DNA of 64,000 nucleotides. It comes from Podarcis bocagei. Its lineage: Eukaryota. The notes beneath the pieces were generated by a model. That model was not told the DNA's origin and did no database searches. It was given only the letters and a program-made list of their open reading frames with translations. The stretch lies in NCBI GenBank assembly GCA_964188305.1, contig OZ076894.1. The stretch is one strand, 5' to 3'. The position numbers and the translations under genes are program-made. Positions 50,273 to 62,481 of the stretch are shown here, piece after piece (positions within the stretch are counted from its first letter, which is position 1; each line of letters opens with the position of its first letter).

Positions 50273-52419
50273 ATATTTTACTTTCAAGAACTGGATGTTG
50301 TTCATTGTAACATTTTTGGTGGGGGAAAACTACTTCTCAGGGCACACCTGTACCCCTACTCAGTTACACTTTTTTTGGTGGCAGCAACATTAATTGGAAA
50401 ATGGTGGTTTTGCACAGGTTTTCTATTTTCAAGTCAAATGCTGCTTTTATTGCATTTGTAAACATTAGTTGCCACAAAATGAGCTAGTTTCCAACACTGG
50501 AAATTGGACAGAGAAATTTCGCACTAGGACCAGCAGAAAGATAAGAGGTGTGTGCTTGTGTGTGTGCTTTAAACAGCTTGAATTTAACCAAAGTCAGTGA
50601 GTTCCATTGTGTGGTGCAAATTTTCACATCTGCAAATCTATGACACTGTCATGGCCACAGACCAGAAACCCATTTCACAGAAGCAAAATGGGAAAAGCTC
50701 AAATGAAAACCTACTCCTCCACCAAATATAAAACAGATAAAAAAGAGACAATCTCTCCTTCTCTCAAAAAATAAACATGCAACTGAACACTCCCCTAAAA
50801 CTAGTTTAAAACATGGGAGAAGTAAAGAACTTTGGTGGGTCTTTTGAGGATGCTGTGATACCCATGGTTGTCATGTTGGGGACTGCAGGGCTAGTCATAA
50901 ATGGAAGTTTTGAACCTAATGTCTCCTATTTTCACATCAGTTAGTGAGATTTGAGTGATATCTGAGCAGACTTTACAAGGGCAGAGACTCACAGCAGGTA
51001 CAAGGTGGTCTTTCCTCCATCCACATTCAGCTTCTACCGAGTATGGATTTGGCCACAGGCCCTGTTGTCTTCTGCTACTTGGCAACCCACAAATAATTCA
51101 ATGTTATGCCTCAAACAGGATCCAAATTGGCAGATGGCGCTGCGGCCTCATTTTAGCAAACAGACAAGTTCTTGGTACAGTCGGCCGATCATTTGGCTCC
51201 CAGCCACTGCCACCTTCCGCAGGGTGTCTGTCTCCAAACTGGGCCAACTCTCATTCTGTAGCACAGCAGTCAAAATTAGGAGGCATACCATGTGCATCAG
51301 GCAGCAAAATGCTCTTTTGAAACACTCTGGAAAAAGCTCTAAGCTCAAGGAAACTGATAATGCCGCAGTTCATCTGGATGACCCATAGGTCATTTAATAG
51401 GTGCATTATCTTCTGTCATGCTGCTCTAGTACTTACGTTATCAGATTAGAATTATGTGCAGTGTGCAGGAAAGGACTGTGATAGCTAGATGTTTCTTAAC
51501 AGCAGGAAAGGAAACGTTGCAATGGATCAGAAATCCATAACAAGTGGCAGCGTCTTGCTTTTTGGAAGAGCTCCCATCCGTAGGCATAAATATTAGTCTT
51601 TGAGAATATTTTATTTGAGTCAGCTGTTCAGGGTCTTGTTAGACCAGTGGTTCGCAAACCTTTTATTAGGGACCCTTCTATAAATATTGTTACAAGCACC
51701 CAAATCTCCACACAGTGAAATATTTCAAGCATGCCAGCACATTCCTTGTGTTTGGTATCCTTAGAAAGAAGGTCAAAGGAGATGGCAATGTCTTTGTGAT
51801 ATATGGTTTTATTTATGCATATATTTAGGCTGAGCGTAGGGTGGAAGGGCTCACAGCGTTAACGTTCCATCCGATCTTGCTGCCCTATTAAGTTTCTAGG
51901 AGGATCCCAAAAACCATAGCTTTGAATTCCAAACAGAGAGCAAGGAAACCTCTATGTCTCTTCCCAACCGAGGTCTGTTTTTACACTCACTGATGACATC
52001 ACCTCCAGCCAGGAGACAAGGGAAGGCCTGTCCCCTTTAGTCCATGGAAGCATCTCCAGCTAGTTTCCAACCAGTTAGTCTACACTTTCATCATGCAAAG
52101 AGATACTTTACAGACTTGCTAGAGTCATTAACTTAACCAAGACACTATTTTGATCACTTGAGCCACCCCTCTTTCTACAGAATCCCACCTCAGAGATATA
52201 AAACTGCAGACTTGGAGGGGACCCAAATGCAACACTGGGTATTCTCACCTCAGAGCTCTTGGTTCCTCTTCTTGATCTCACGGACCATAAAATGGCGGCA
52301 CTGACATGGTTATGTATTAAACTAAATGAAAGGCCACCCTAGGTTCTTTGGGGAGGAAAGGCGGGATCTCAATTTGATAAATAAACAATGCCAGGCATTT
52401 CATACAATCACGCAATGCA

Positions 52420-52732
52420 TCATTAAACTCTGAACTTCGCTCCCAAAGGAGGCAGTGATGGCCACCAGTCTATATGGCTTTAAAAGTGGATCGAACAAAT
52501 TCATGGGTGATAAGGCTATCAATGACGACTAGCTATGATGCCTGTGCTCTGCCTCCAAAGCTGAAGGCAGCAATGCTTCTGAACACCAGTTCTCCCAAGG
52601 ACGGGAGAGTGCTGTTGTGCTTGAATTCCGCTTGTGGGTTTCCCACAGGCATCTGGTTGGCCACTGTGAGAACAGGATGCTGGACTATATGGGCCACTGG
52701 CCTGATCCATCAGACTATTATTATGCTCCTAT
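52420..52732 (+). mobile_element. CR1 LINE 3' end
   Basis: gtgatggccacc...ggctttaaaag...acaaattcatgg...ggccactgtgagaacaggatgctggac...ggcctgatcca; similar to 34070-34350. Confidence 0.8.
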
Positions 52733-54891
52733 GTCTCATTATAAGGCAACTTCCTATGTTCTCTCCCCCTTGCACATTGGTACTAGGGGTTCCCCTAGCC
52801 CTCTGGAGCAGATTTGTTGAGGGTGCAGGGAATATGCAGGGGAAGGAGAAAGGGAGAAGTCCCCTTGCCCAAGCAGAAATCCTTACATTGATAGGATACA
52901 TTAACTGGATACCACCCCTAGGAAGATAAATCTCCATCAAACTATCTTCAGCTTCCAACAATGATAACGAAAGCTCAAACCAATGTCTGTCCCTGGCAGC
53001 CCCTGACATAGTACCATGTCTGTCTGTAAGTCATGGTTACTGGTTTCCTGTGAATGCTCCCACTTGATGTCTCTCTGCTAGTGAGCAAAAGCAACAAACC
53101 AAAGCTATCTTATACTGAGTCTGGCCACTGGTCCACCTACAGTAGCTCAGTATTGTCTACACTGCCTGGCAGTGGCTGTCCTGGGTTTCAGACATGGGTC
53201 TCTCTTAGCCGTAACTGAAGATGCTGAGTCTCTGCATGCAACAGAGATGCTCTAATACTGAGCCTTGACCATTCCCCAAGAAGCTGTCCCACCAGCTCTC
53301 ATGTGTTTGCCAACGTTTCATGCACCAAAGAGTGTTTATGGTCCAACCCTGCAGTCAAATAGCCTCTTACATTCGTTTTCTTTTCTTTTTTACTCAAGTG
53401 CCTTCATATTGTGACATTTTAAAAGTAATACTCAATGATAGCATTAATCAGTACATGAGCTAGCAGGCGTGAATGGACTTGGACCTGACACTGCAGTTGT
53501 ACTTAGTGTCCCTAAAAAGATAACAAATGCCATCAAAGTCCCCAAAGATTTAATCTCTTCTGGAATTCACAGTGGGACATAAACTCTGATAAAGAGGGTG
53601 AGGTTTATTGCTCTGTATAAAGTCTTGATCAGGCACATTGTTTAATTGATGAGATGATAAGATAGCTGAAAATCTTGAAATTGCTCCAAATTGAAACTGC
53701 TTCAAGGAAGAGACAGACAAGAAACATAGTCCTGAGTTTCGATGAAGACTTTTTTTGTGAGCACGATGTTCATCAGAAATTTAGGATTCTGAGAATCTCA
53801 GCATTCACTGAAAACTTTTAGCTAGAGACACATGGTATTTTACAAAGAGGACTGAAAGTGGTCTACTAGAGCTTTTTCTTGGTATATACTGTCAGAGATC
53901 TGGAATACCAGCGTCTGTTAGAGAATGGTAGAAATTAATAAACAGTAGTATTAGATAATATTTGGGATATGAAGGGAAAATACAAGCTGAAAATATGAGC
54001 CAGACAAGAATTTCCTGGACTAGTTTATGCAAGCCAGTCTGGCCAGGCTAGCTAAGCCCAGAACTGTTGAGAAACAATGAGGAGCATGGCAGTGGGATAC
54101 TAAGGGCCATTTGCAATGCAAAAAGCTATCCTTCCTCCCTGCTCGGAGGAGTGGACAGAGACAGGATATTTGGGAGATTGCGAAGGTGACAGGGGTATGA
54201 TGCTACAGGAAAATGTGTTGGTCTAACAACATCTGGAGGGTTCATCCATTCATCCATGCTATACAGAACAGAAGTCCAGCCTAGTGAGGGCACCTCAAGT
54301 TATCTGGTTATCTGGGATTCTGTGAAGCACATTGAAGACAAATGTGCAGAGCTCTGATCATCTAAATCTTCAGGTCACATTGGAGTTACATCCTATAGAC
54401 CGTAATCCTCTTAGGCCAGAGCTCCTGGTAAGGGTTGCTAACTCCTGCCCTGGAATAGAAAAAAGGATTCCAGTGTAGCAATATTGCTATGGATTGGGTT
54501 GGTGTTGAGAAGAGGAATGAGCCTGGAGGGGCTAAACGAAACAGTGGCCACAGGAGAACAAGGCACCCAAGGATATAAGAGCAGGTTGTGGGGAAGTGAA
54601 AATTAGGATGCAGGGGCAATGAGCAAAGACATTAAGAAGACCAGAAACATAAGAGGACAACAGTCCATAACAGGATGTTCCAGAATTTGTTGGCTGGGCT
54701 GGCATTAGTATCTGCTATCCCTGACAGATGCTTAGACCATAACATGCTGGTAGGGCCCACTGCCAATAACTGTGCTGGGGACCTCTTTTTTTAAATTGGC
54801 CAGTCAGTCAAAGCAGTGCCATGTTGCTGCATCTAGTCACTATTCTGATTTCTCACAATGCCCAAGACTGATGCTACATTGTGGGAAATTA

Positions 54892-55008
54892 CCATATTTT
54901 TTTGCCCCATAGGGCGCACCGGCCCATAGGGCGCACCTAGTTTTTTGGGGGGGAAATAAAGAAAAAAGCTTCCCCCGACCCCAGCCCCCAGAACAGGCTG
55001 CTAACAGG
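54892..55008. mobile_element. Heavily deleted Tc2-type MITE
   Basis: Matches the reverse complement of the right part of 60877-61244 with an internal deletion; only a vestige (acagg|ta) of the second end remains. Confidence 0.75.
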
Positions 55009-55800
55009 TAAAATGGCAACTCGACCCAGGAACATGGCACGGCTTGGGGTGTGCAGATTCCACCCACTGCCACCAGGTAAGAAAACAAAAACATATGAAG
55101 AACTCTGATGGATGAGACTAAAAGCTCATTTAATCTAGCATACATACAACACAGCTAGAGCCAATGAATTGAACAGTCTTGCTGCATGATTCAGATTCCA
55201 GTTTCTATCTTCATCTATCCACCCTACCCTAAGGTTCTGTCTGGAGTGGGGCCACATCACCCCTCTAAATGAAAATGAAAATGCCCCATCTGAGCTCAGG
55301 TAGATGGATGCCTTATAGCAAGTCAGCCAATGAACCCTTAAAAATAGATTACACACACATGCACACACACCCTTTTATATATGTCTTTAACTTTAAGTAC
55401 CTTTTCATTGCTTCAGCTTGAAATAAGAAACAGCTTGGTACTTTAATCGGAAAAGTAAGCAGATCTTCCAAAAGGAATGGAACCGTATGTTCCCCGACAA
55501 TAGTGCCAACACCTGAAAATCAGTGATGGAAATGCCTGTCCTTTGAGACGGGATTTGCTGCAGAGGTGCAGAATGGCAGTTTTATTTCCTTGCAAAAGTG
55601 CAGATTGCTCTGAACAGGCAGAATGAAAGCATAAAGCAATTGATTATAATGGGGCCACGGCAATTTCTGGATCTCCAGTTGTTTAGAAAATGAGCTACCA
55701 AAGAAGAGCTTTAGGCAGGAAGTGCTGAGTCACTAAAGGATAGTGATGGTTAAAAAAACTTAAAAGCACAATGCTATGAGTCGTCAAAAGAAAAAAAGTA

Positions 55801-56300
55801 CCGTATTTTTCGCTCCATAAGACACACTTTTTCCCTCCTAAAAAGTAAGGGAAAATGTGTATGTGTCTTATGGAGCGAATGCAGGGGGGAGGCAGGCAGG
55901 AAAAGCCCCCAGGAGAAAGAAGGGACTGAGGTGGCCAGTCAGTCCCTTCTCCCTCCTTGTAGAAAAGCCCGCAGGAGCTGCATGATCCTTAAAGGGCACG
56001 TGGCTCCTGTGGGCTTTTGCGGGAGGTGGGGGTATCGCTGTCTTGGCTTCTTTAGCCGCGCGCAGCCTCTCCAGGCTGGAGAGGTTGCGCGCAGCTATGG
56101 CAGAAGCCAAGACAGCCAACAGGATGGATCCCGCTTGCTGTCTTGGATTCTTTGCTCCTTAGGGCTGGGGGGGGGGGACCCGGGGTTCCCCTGGCAGCCC
56201 CAGAAGCTCTGGGAGAATCAAGATTTTTTTTCTTGATTTCCCCCTCTAAAAACTAGGTGTGCCTTATGGTCCGGTGCGCCTTATGGAGCGAAAAATATGG
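55801..56300. mobile_element. Tc2-type MITE (500 bp)
   Basis: CCGTATTTTTCGCTCCATAAG...CTTATGGAGCGAAAAATATGG; TA flanks. Confidence 0.9.
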
Positions 56301-58373
56301 TAGTTAGTGACACTCAAGGAAGTCAGTGAGAAATGCATAGGCAAGACTAGCCCACTATGAGCAGTGCAGGGTGCATACCTATAGCACCAATTCAGTGAGG
56401 CCTTTTCTGCGTGCACAATGCACAGAACATCAGGAAGGCAGGCAAGAAGGAAGGAAGGGAGGGGAGTTTCAAAAAGAAATTTATTCCCACAATATGCATT
56501 TACATATGATATGAGACATTGAAATAAAAAAGGAAGCATTGCATATTTCATTACCGGGGCCATTAACTTCTGCCTGGCAACAGCTCCTCATTTCCCAAAC
56601 TGTGATGTGGCTCAGGTTACTCCTGTCAGAAAAATAATTCCAGCTAAAGGTGGCCCTTCGTGCAGTTGGGTCCATCTACATGTCATGCTTTATAAGCCTT
56701 TTCCTGAGCAACCTTAACGACTGGGTATCTTCCAGCTCCGGAGTCAACTTTGCAGTCCACCCTTGGTGTCCCAGCAATAGCTCTGCTGCATTCAAAGCTT
56801 GGGAAGGAGGGAGAACAATCTAAGGTGTGGTGAGAGGGGGCAATCTTAATTTTATCATGCTACTTCATAGTAGAGACAATGGGAAGGGACCAGCTTAAGC
56901 CAGGTCCTGTCCTGACATGGGATGGGGGATTATGATCCAGTGCAGTTGTGTTCCTCCTTGGAAAGGGCTATAGCTCTGTGGTACAGCATCTGTTTGCGGG
57001 CAGCCTTGGCATCTCTAGGTAGGGCTGGGAGAGATCCTTGCCTGGAAACTTAGAAAACTGCTGCCAACATGGAGCAAGATGTACCAATGAGACAGACTCA
57101 GTATAAGGTATAAGGTAACTTCCTATGTCCATATTTCCAAGGTCTTGCAGGTGAAGAAAAGCAATGCAGGGAAATGTTTTAGTTCAGTAATAAGAACACT
57201 ACTCGTATTAGCCTCATTTGCACATCACAGAAGGCTATGGTTTATTGTGAATATGTGGGTTGCTCCCACTTTGTTCCTCTCTGCCAGGGAGCAAGAGCAA
57301 CAAGCCACTTCCAGTCAGTGTAGAGTAGACAATGCTGAGCTAGATAGGCCAATGAGACTGACTCAGTATAATAGGGTTGCCATATTTTCAAAAATGAAAA
57401 TCCGGACACAAAAGTTGCTGAGCAAAATCTTCACAACAAATGAAGTTTTTGAGCTATTTCAAATGCATATCTTTTTTCAATGCATTTTCTATTTTCCATC
57501 AGATATGCTCTTCAGCTTACCGTAACAACCCTCAGCCACTTCCTTAATGTTATTTCATCTCTCTCTTTCCCCCACTCCCCCACCTATCTTTGCAGCAGGC
57601 CACATTCTGTCCACTCCATTTGGAAAACCAGCATCTATGGGCAAATCCCTGTGACGTCTCCATGACCTTGGCAGTAGGACGATAACCATTTACAGCCTTC
57701 CAAATTACAGTCATAATACTGGGTTGCTATAGCAATGAAGGATGAGTTAGAAGGAGTGTTGAATCACTTTGCTCTGAGATTGTAGCTGTCTTGATCAGGA
57801 TTGCTTCTATTCCCTTTGTTAAGGCCATTGAACTTCTCGGTGCCCTAAGATTATTATTTTTAATTTCAACTAGACAGCTTGACAGTTGCATTGCTGAACG
57901 TTTTCAAACCCACATCTAATGTAATAGGGAGGTGGTCCTCATCTTTATAGAAGCCAGAATCTCTGCAAGTGCAGCTGGAGCTATCAACAACTCACACCTA
58001 ACATAGGAAACCATCCTATACCAAATCAGAGCATTGGCTCACCTGGTTCAGTGTTGTCTATACCACAAGGGGGGAATCTTTTGCAGTTCAAGGGTCCCCA
58101 TTCCCTTGTGGACCACCATCTGTGGGTGGTGGTTGGAGTAAGAGATGATAAAAAGTGGCTGGAGCAACAGACACAACACTTTCTTTTGTACAACAGACTA
58201 CCACACATTCCAACCATGCAAAAGTCCCCGCAAACATCCATTCATAGAATCACAGAATCATTCATTATAATAGTTCAAGGATGCTTTCTAGCCAGGCAGA
58301 AGCACTCAAGGAGCAGGGAGAGCAGCAGGGCCAGTGAGGGGTAGATTTTGGGGAGGATTAATAGTCTAGAGCA

Positions 58374-58723
58374 AGGACGCGGGTGGCGTTGTGGGTTAAA
58401 CCACAGAACCTAGGACTTTCTGATCAGAAGGTCGGCGGTTCGAATCCCCGTGACGGGGTGAGCTCCCATTGCTTCTGCTCCTGCCAACCTAGCAGTTCAA
58501 AAGCACGTCAAAGTGCAAGTAGATAAATAGGTACCGCTCTGGCGGGAAGGTAAACGGCGTTTCCGTGCGCTGCTCTGGTTTGCCAGAAGCTGCTTACTCA
58601 TGCTGGCCACATGACCCGGAAGCTGTACACCGGCTCCCTTGGCCAATAAAGCGAGATGAGCGCCGCAACCCCAGAGTCGGTCATGACTGGACCTAATGGT
58701 CAGGGGTCCCTTTACCCTGTACC
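58374..58723 (+). mobile_element. Sauria SINE, full length
   Basis: Boxes A and B, ACCT-type tail, 15-bp TSD TAATAGTCTAGAGCA (58359-73, 58724-38). Confidence 0.93.
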
Positions 58724-58736
58724 TAATAGTCTAGAG

Positions 58737-58872
58737 CAGGCATCCCCAACCTTTGGCCCTCCAGATGTTTTGGCCTACAACTCCCGTGATCCCTAGCTAA
58801 CAGGACCAGTGGTCAGGGATGATGGGAATTGTAGTCCAAAACATCTGGAGGGCCGAAGGTTGGGGGTGCCTG
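58737..58872. mobile_element. Palindromic hAT (Charlie-like) MITE
   Basis: CAGGCATCCCCAACCTT...AAGGTTGGGGGTGCCTG; TSD gtctagag/gtctatag. Confidence 0.88.
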
Positions 58873-60229
58873 GTCTATAGGAGGCCTGGGGGAAGCTTGG
58901 CCCTTTGGATATTGATGAACTACAACTCTCATCATCCCTTTTTGTTGGCCAAGATGTCTGGGATTGGTGGTAGCAGGAGTCCAGCAGCATTTGGAGGGCC
59001 AAAGGTTCTCCAGCCCTGGTCAAGAGAGGCCTGGACATCTGCATCCATCCCTTCGCCTGAAGTTCCCCACTTCTGATATACACTGACTGAGTACAGCTCT
59101 CCTGGGTTTCAGACATGGGTCCTTCTCAGCCCAGGAAATGAACTTGGAACTTTGGTGCTGGCAGAACAATTTCTAGCACAGAGCAGAGCCTGTGACCCAC
59201 TAAGTCAAATACAGGCCACCATGGCTTGATAGATGACTGATACATTATCCACCATCATGTTTCTGCAGCCCCAAGTAAGCAGCAAAATGAGGAGCTTTAT
59301 AAGTCCCTGTGAGATCACCATACATGATTACTATACTATACTGTCAGAGGCAGATTTAGAAGAACTGGTGTGCCCACACTGGGTGCTGAGCCAGCGCCAC
59401 AGGGGATGCTGCAACACAGTCCACCAATGGTGCTTGGGTTTCTTGGCTCACAAATTCTGCAGTCTATTCCCTTACATGTAAATTTAGCATGGATAGTGGG
59501 GAACAGTAGCGATATCAACCCACTTTTGCTACATATACATAGCAATCTATAGTCCTCTTCAGGCACCCACCGAGAACTGGGGCAGGTGCATACTAGCCCT
59601 GCTGTCAGCATCCCTGTCCTTGCTGGCTGTTGCCTCAGGCCTTGACACTTTGGGCAGGAAGGTCTGAAAGGAGGGTCTTTCCTTGTCCAGCTGAAAACAC
59701 TCAGAATCTTCCGCACAGGAAGAAACTTGTGTGAACTTGATTCCTGCCCATTTGAGAGATTCTAACTAAGCACGTTCCACTGAACAGACCTTCCCCTTCA
59801 GTGTGTGAGGGTTGAGGGAAGGAACTGGCAGAAACATGGATATTAATTGCTGAGCTAAATTAATACCACCCTGTTTTTCCTCCACACATACTGAAAATGT
59901 ACAGGTCCAACACCTGAACAGAGTTTCTGTTCCAGCTGCAATAAACCAGATCAGTAGTTCCCAAAGTGGACAGTACCGCCCCCTGGTGAGCAGTGGGTGT
60001 ACCTTGCAGTGGTGCTAAGAGGCAAGGAGGTGCTGGAGGTGGGGCCTTCGGAGGGTGTTGATTGCTTATTTATAATTGACTAGGCTACAGCCTAGAGTGA
60101 AACTCCTTTCTCACTTGGTGTTTAAAGTTTTGCTGTTCTTATCACTTTCAAAGCTATTGCGTTTGGACATTGTATTGCCAATTCTGAGTTGTCACAAGAT
60201 AGCCAAGTATTAGTTATCATGCATGTTTG

Positions 60230-61355
60230 GCAAGACCGCTCACCTTCCCCGGGGGGGGGGTCAGAGTTGCAGGAGGGCACCTAGGACCTCCCTGTGACCT
60301 GGCTGTGGGTGGAGGGATGCTGCCCACATCATTGGGACTCCCAGCCGCGCTGCGCCCCCTGGCTGACCAATCTGGTTAGCCAGGGGGCGTAGCCATTTGC
60401 CATTTAAACTGCAACGTGGCTGGGGGAGGCCTCCATTCACCTCCTTGTTGGATCTCCCAGCTCACCCACCCTCTTTTTATGCGTTGCTTGACTTTGGGCT
60501 TGCTATGGACTAACGTTGGCCGCCTTATTGTTGGGGCCAGGTAGGAATTTTTTCCACTTGGCAAATTGGCACCAGCCATTTGGTTTTCGCCTACCTTGTA
60601 GCAATCATCACAACTTTGTAAGGTTAGGCATTGGGTAAGCCTTGTTCATGAGAGGGGAGGTTGTTGCCTCTGCTTGTCCCTCCTTGTTAATGGTACTCCG
60701 TTAAAGGGATCCGGGGTGTGTGGATCCTGTCCAAAGCCTGGGCATGGGCTACAGCCATGCCACGACACCATCAGGGACCCTGGGGGGTGCTCTTAATTGA
60801 TGTATATCATAGGACTCCCCCTGCCAGTGGTTGACCCTTAAGAGACTTTCTCCGGATGTGCAGGAGTCAGGATATACCGTATTTTTCGCCCTATAGGACG
60901 CACTTTTTCCCCTCCAAAAATGAAGGGGAAATGTGTGTGCGTCCTATGGGGCGAATGCAGGCTTTTGCTGAAGCCTGGAGAGCGAGAGGGGTCGGTGCGC
61001 AGCTGAGCGCGCCCCGGGCTTCGGGCAGATATCCACAAGCCTGGGGAGAACGGTGAGACTTCCCACCGGGCTCCCTAGGCTTGCGGATAGCAGCCTGTTC
61101 TGGGGGCTGGGGTCGGGGGAAGCTCGGGCTTCCCCCGCCCCAGCCCCGCACCTGGGGGAGAAATAAATTTTTTTTCTTTATTTCCCCCCAAAAAAACTAG
61201 GTGCTCCCTATGGGCCGGTGCGCCCTAAGGGGTGAAAAATACGGTAGTCTGGTATCACCCAATGCCTAAGCCAAACCACTCACATCTGGAACCAATAAAG
61301 TTGTGGCCTAATTTATCCCATTAACCCAAACTATTGGTGTCTCTGTGTTTACTAT
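60230..61355 (+). mobile_element. Putative DIRS/Ngaro-like (tyrosine-recombinase retrotransposon) terminal unit, interrupted by a MITE
   Basis: GC-rich block with CCAAT and TTTAAA, many hairpins and AATAAAGTTGTGGCC near the end; no TG..CA ends or TSD seen. The family assignment rests on recalled motif similarity only, and the boundaries are approximate. Confidence 0.45.
60877..61244. mobile_element. Tc2-type MITE (368 bp)
   Basis: CCGTATTTTTCGCCCTATAGG...CCTAAGGGGTGAAAAATACGG; TA flanks. Confidence 0.9.
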
Positions 61356-62188
61356 CTAAAGGAACTGTGGGGCCCAGGGCCTGAGGCCTTGCCACGCAAG
61401 AAGTTATATATAAAAACGGTTACAAAGTTGTGTACCCACTCTCTGCAAGACTCCAGGGGGTTCCAGGCACTCACCCAGGGTCTGTGTTCCTTTGGAGAAT
61501 TGAGACATGGCGGAGACCATTGTAGCTTTAAGCAATATGATTTATCCATCTATTTACACTTTCAGACTGCATGGAGGGAGTCCAGATCTTACAGCATGGT
61601 CATATCGAGAGGGGCTTGTTCCCCACAGCAGGGCAGCCATGGAGTCCAAGGCATCTTTCCCAGGCAGCCTGTCCTAGACGGATCCCACTCTTTCTTCTTC
61701 CTTCTTCTTCCCAGAACACCCTGCTCAAAATTCTCTTTTCCTGTCACCTCACACCCAGTTACCCTGGGAACCATCCAAATCCCCAGTCTCTGTTCACACC
61801 TCAGGGCAAGGAGGGGAGGACAGTTCTCTTGCATTGCCAATGGCTCTCGATGGCCCTGCATTGCTTCTTAATGGTCCTAGCTTGGCCAGGTTCTTTTTGC
61901 ATAGGTTTGTTCAGGAACTCCTCTGCAGCTTTAATTTCTCCCTTCATATCCCAACTAATCAAAATCCTCCCATTTATTAATTTCTAGGGTTTAGGAATTG
62001 CACCCCCGAATCTTTAACAATACTTTTTGCTATAAATTTCCTTCACCCCTACATTTTCATTGGTAAAAATGTGTGGGAACCTCAGGTCCAGTGGTCAGTG
62101 ATTGCGGCCTTCCACGTCCCTCTCTAGCCAGCCTGTGGGGCTCTTGCCAGGCCACACCCTTTCTCCTCAGGCCACCCACCTCACCAGT

Positions 62189-62481
62189 TGTTATGTACTG
62201 AGTTGAATAGGATCCAAAATGCAGCAGTCTGATTGGTCCTAGAACAATAGGATTCAGAATTCAGCAGTCTGATTGGTTCCAGGAGCCACCCAATCCAACT
62301 CCAGGTGGAAGTGAATCCGCAACCTGATTGGCCTACAGGAGAATCCTGGAATTAGCCAATCACGTGGGCCCATTGTGTAAATAATGTATATAAAGCAGAC
62401 ATTTTGGGGGAACTTGCATTCCTCACTACTATGAGCTGAATGAAGAGCATGAAATCCACACTCGACTCCGTGTATATTTCA
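62189..62481 (+). mobile_element. Solo LTR (293 bp, 5-bp TSD)
   Basis: TG...CA termini; TSD CCAGT; five CCAAT/ATTGG boxes, CACGTG, TATATAAA (62387-94) and a degenerate AATGAA. Inserted in an older MITE-like repeat (~62075-62757). Confidence 0.85.
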
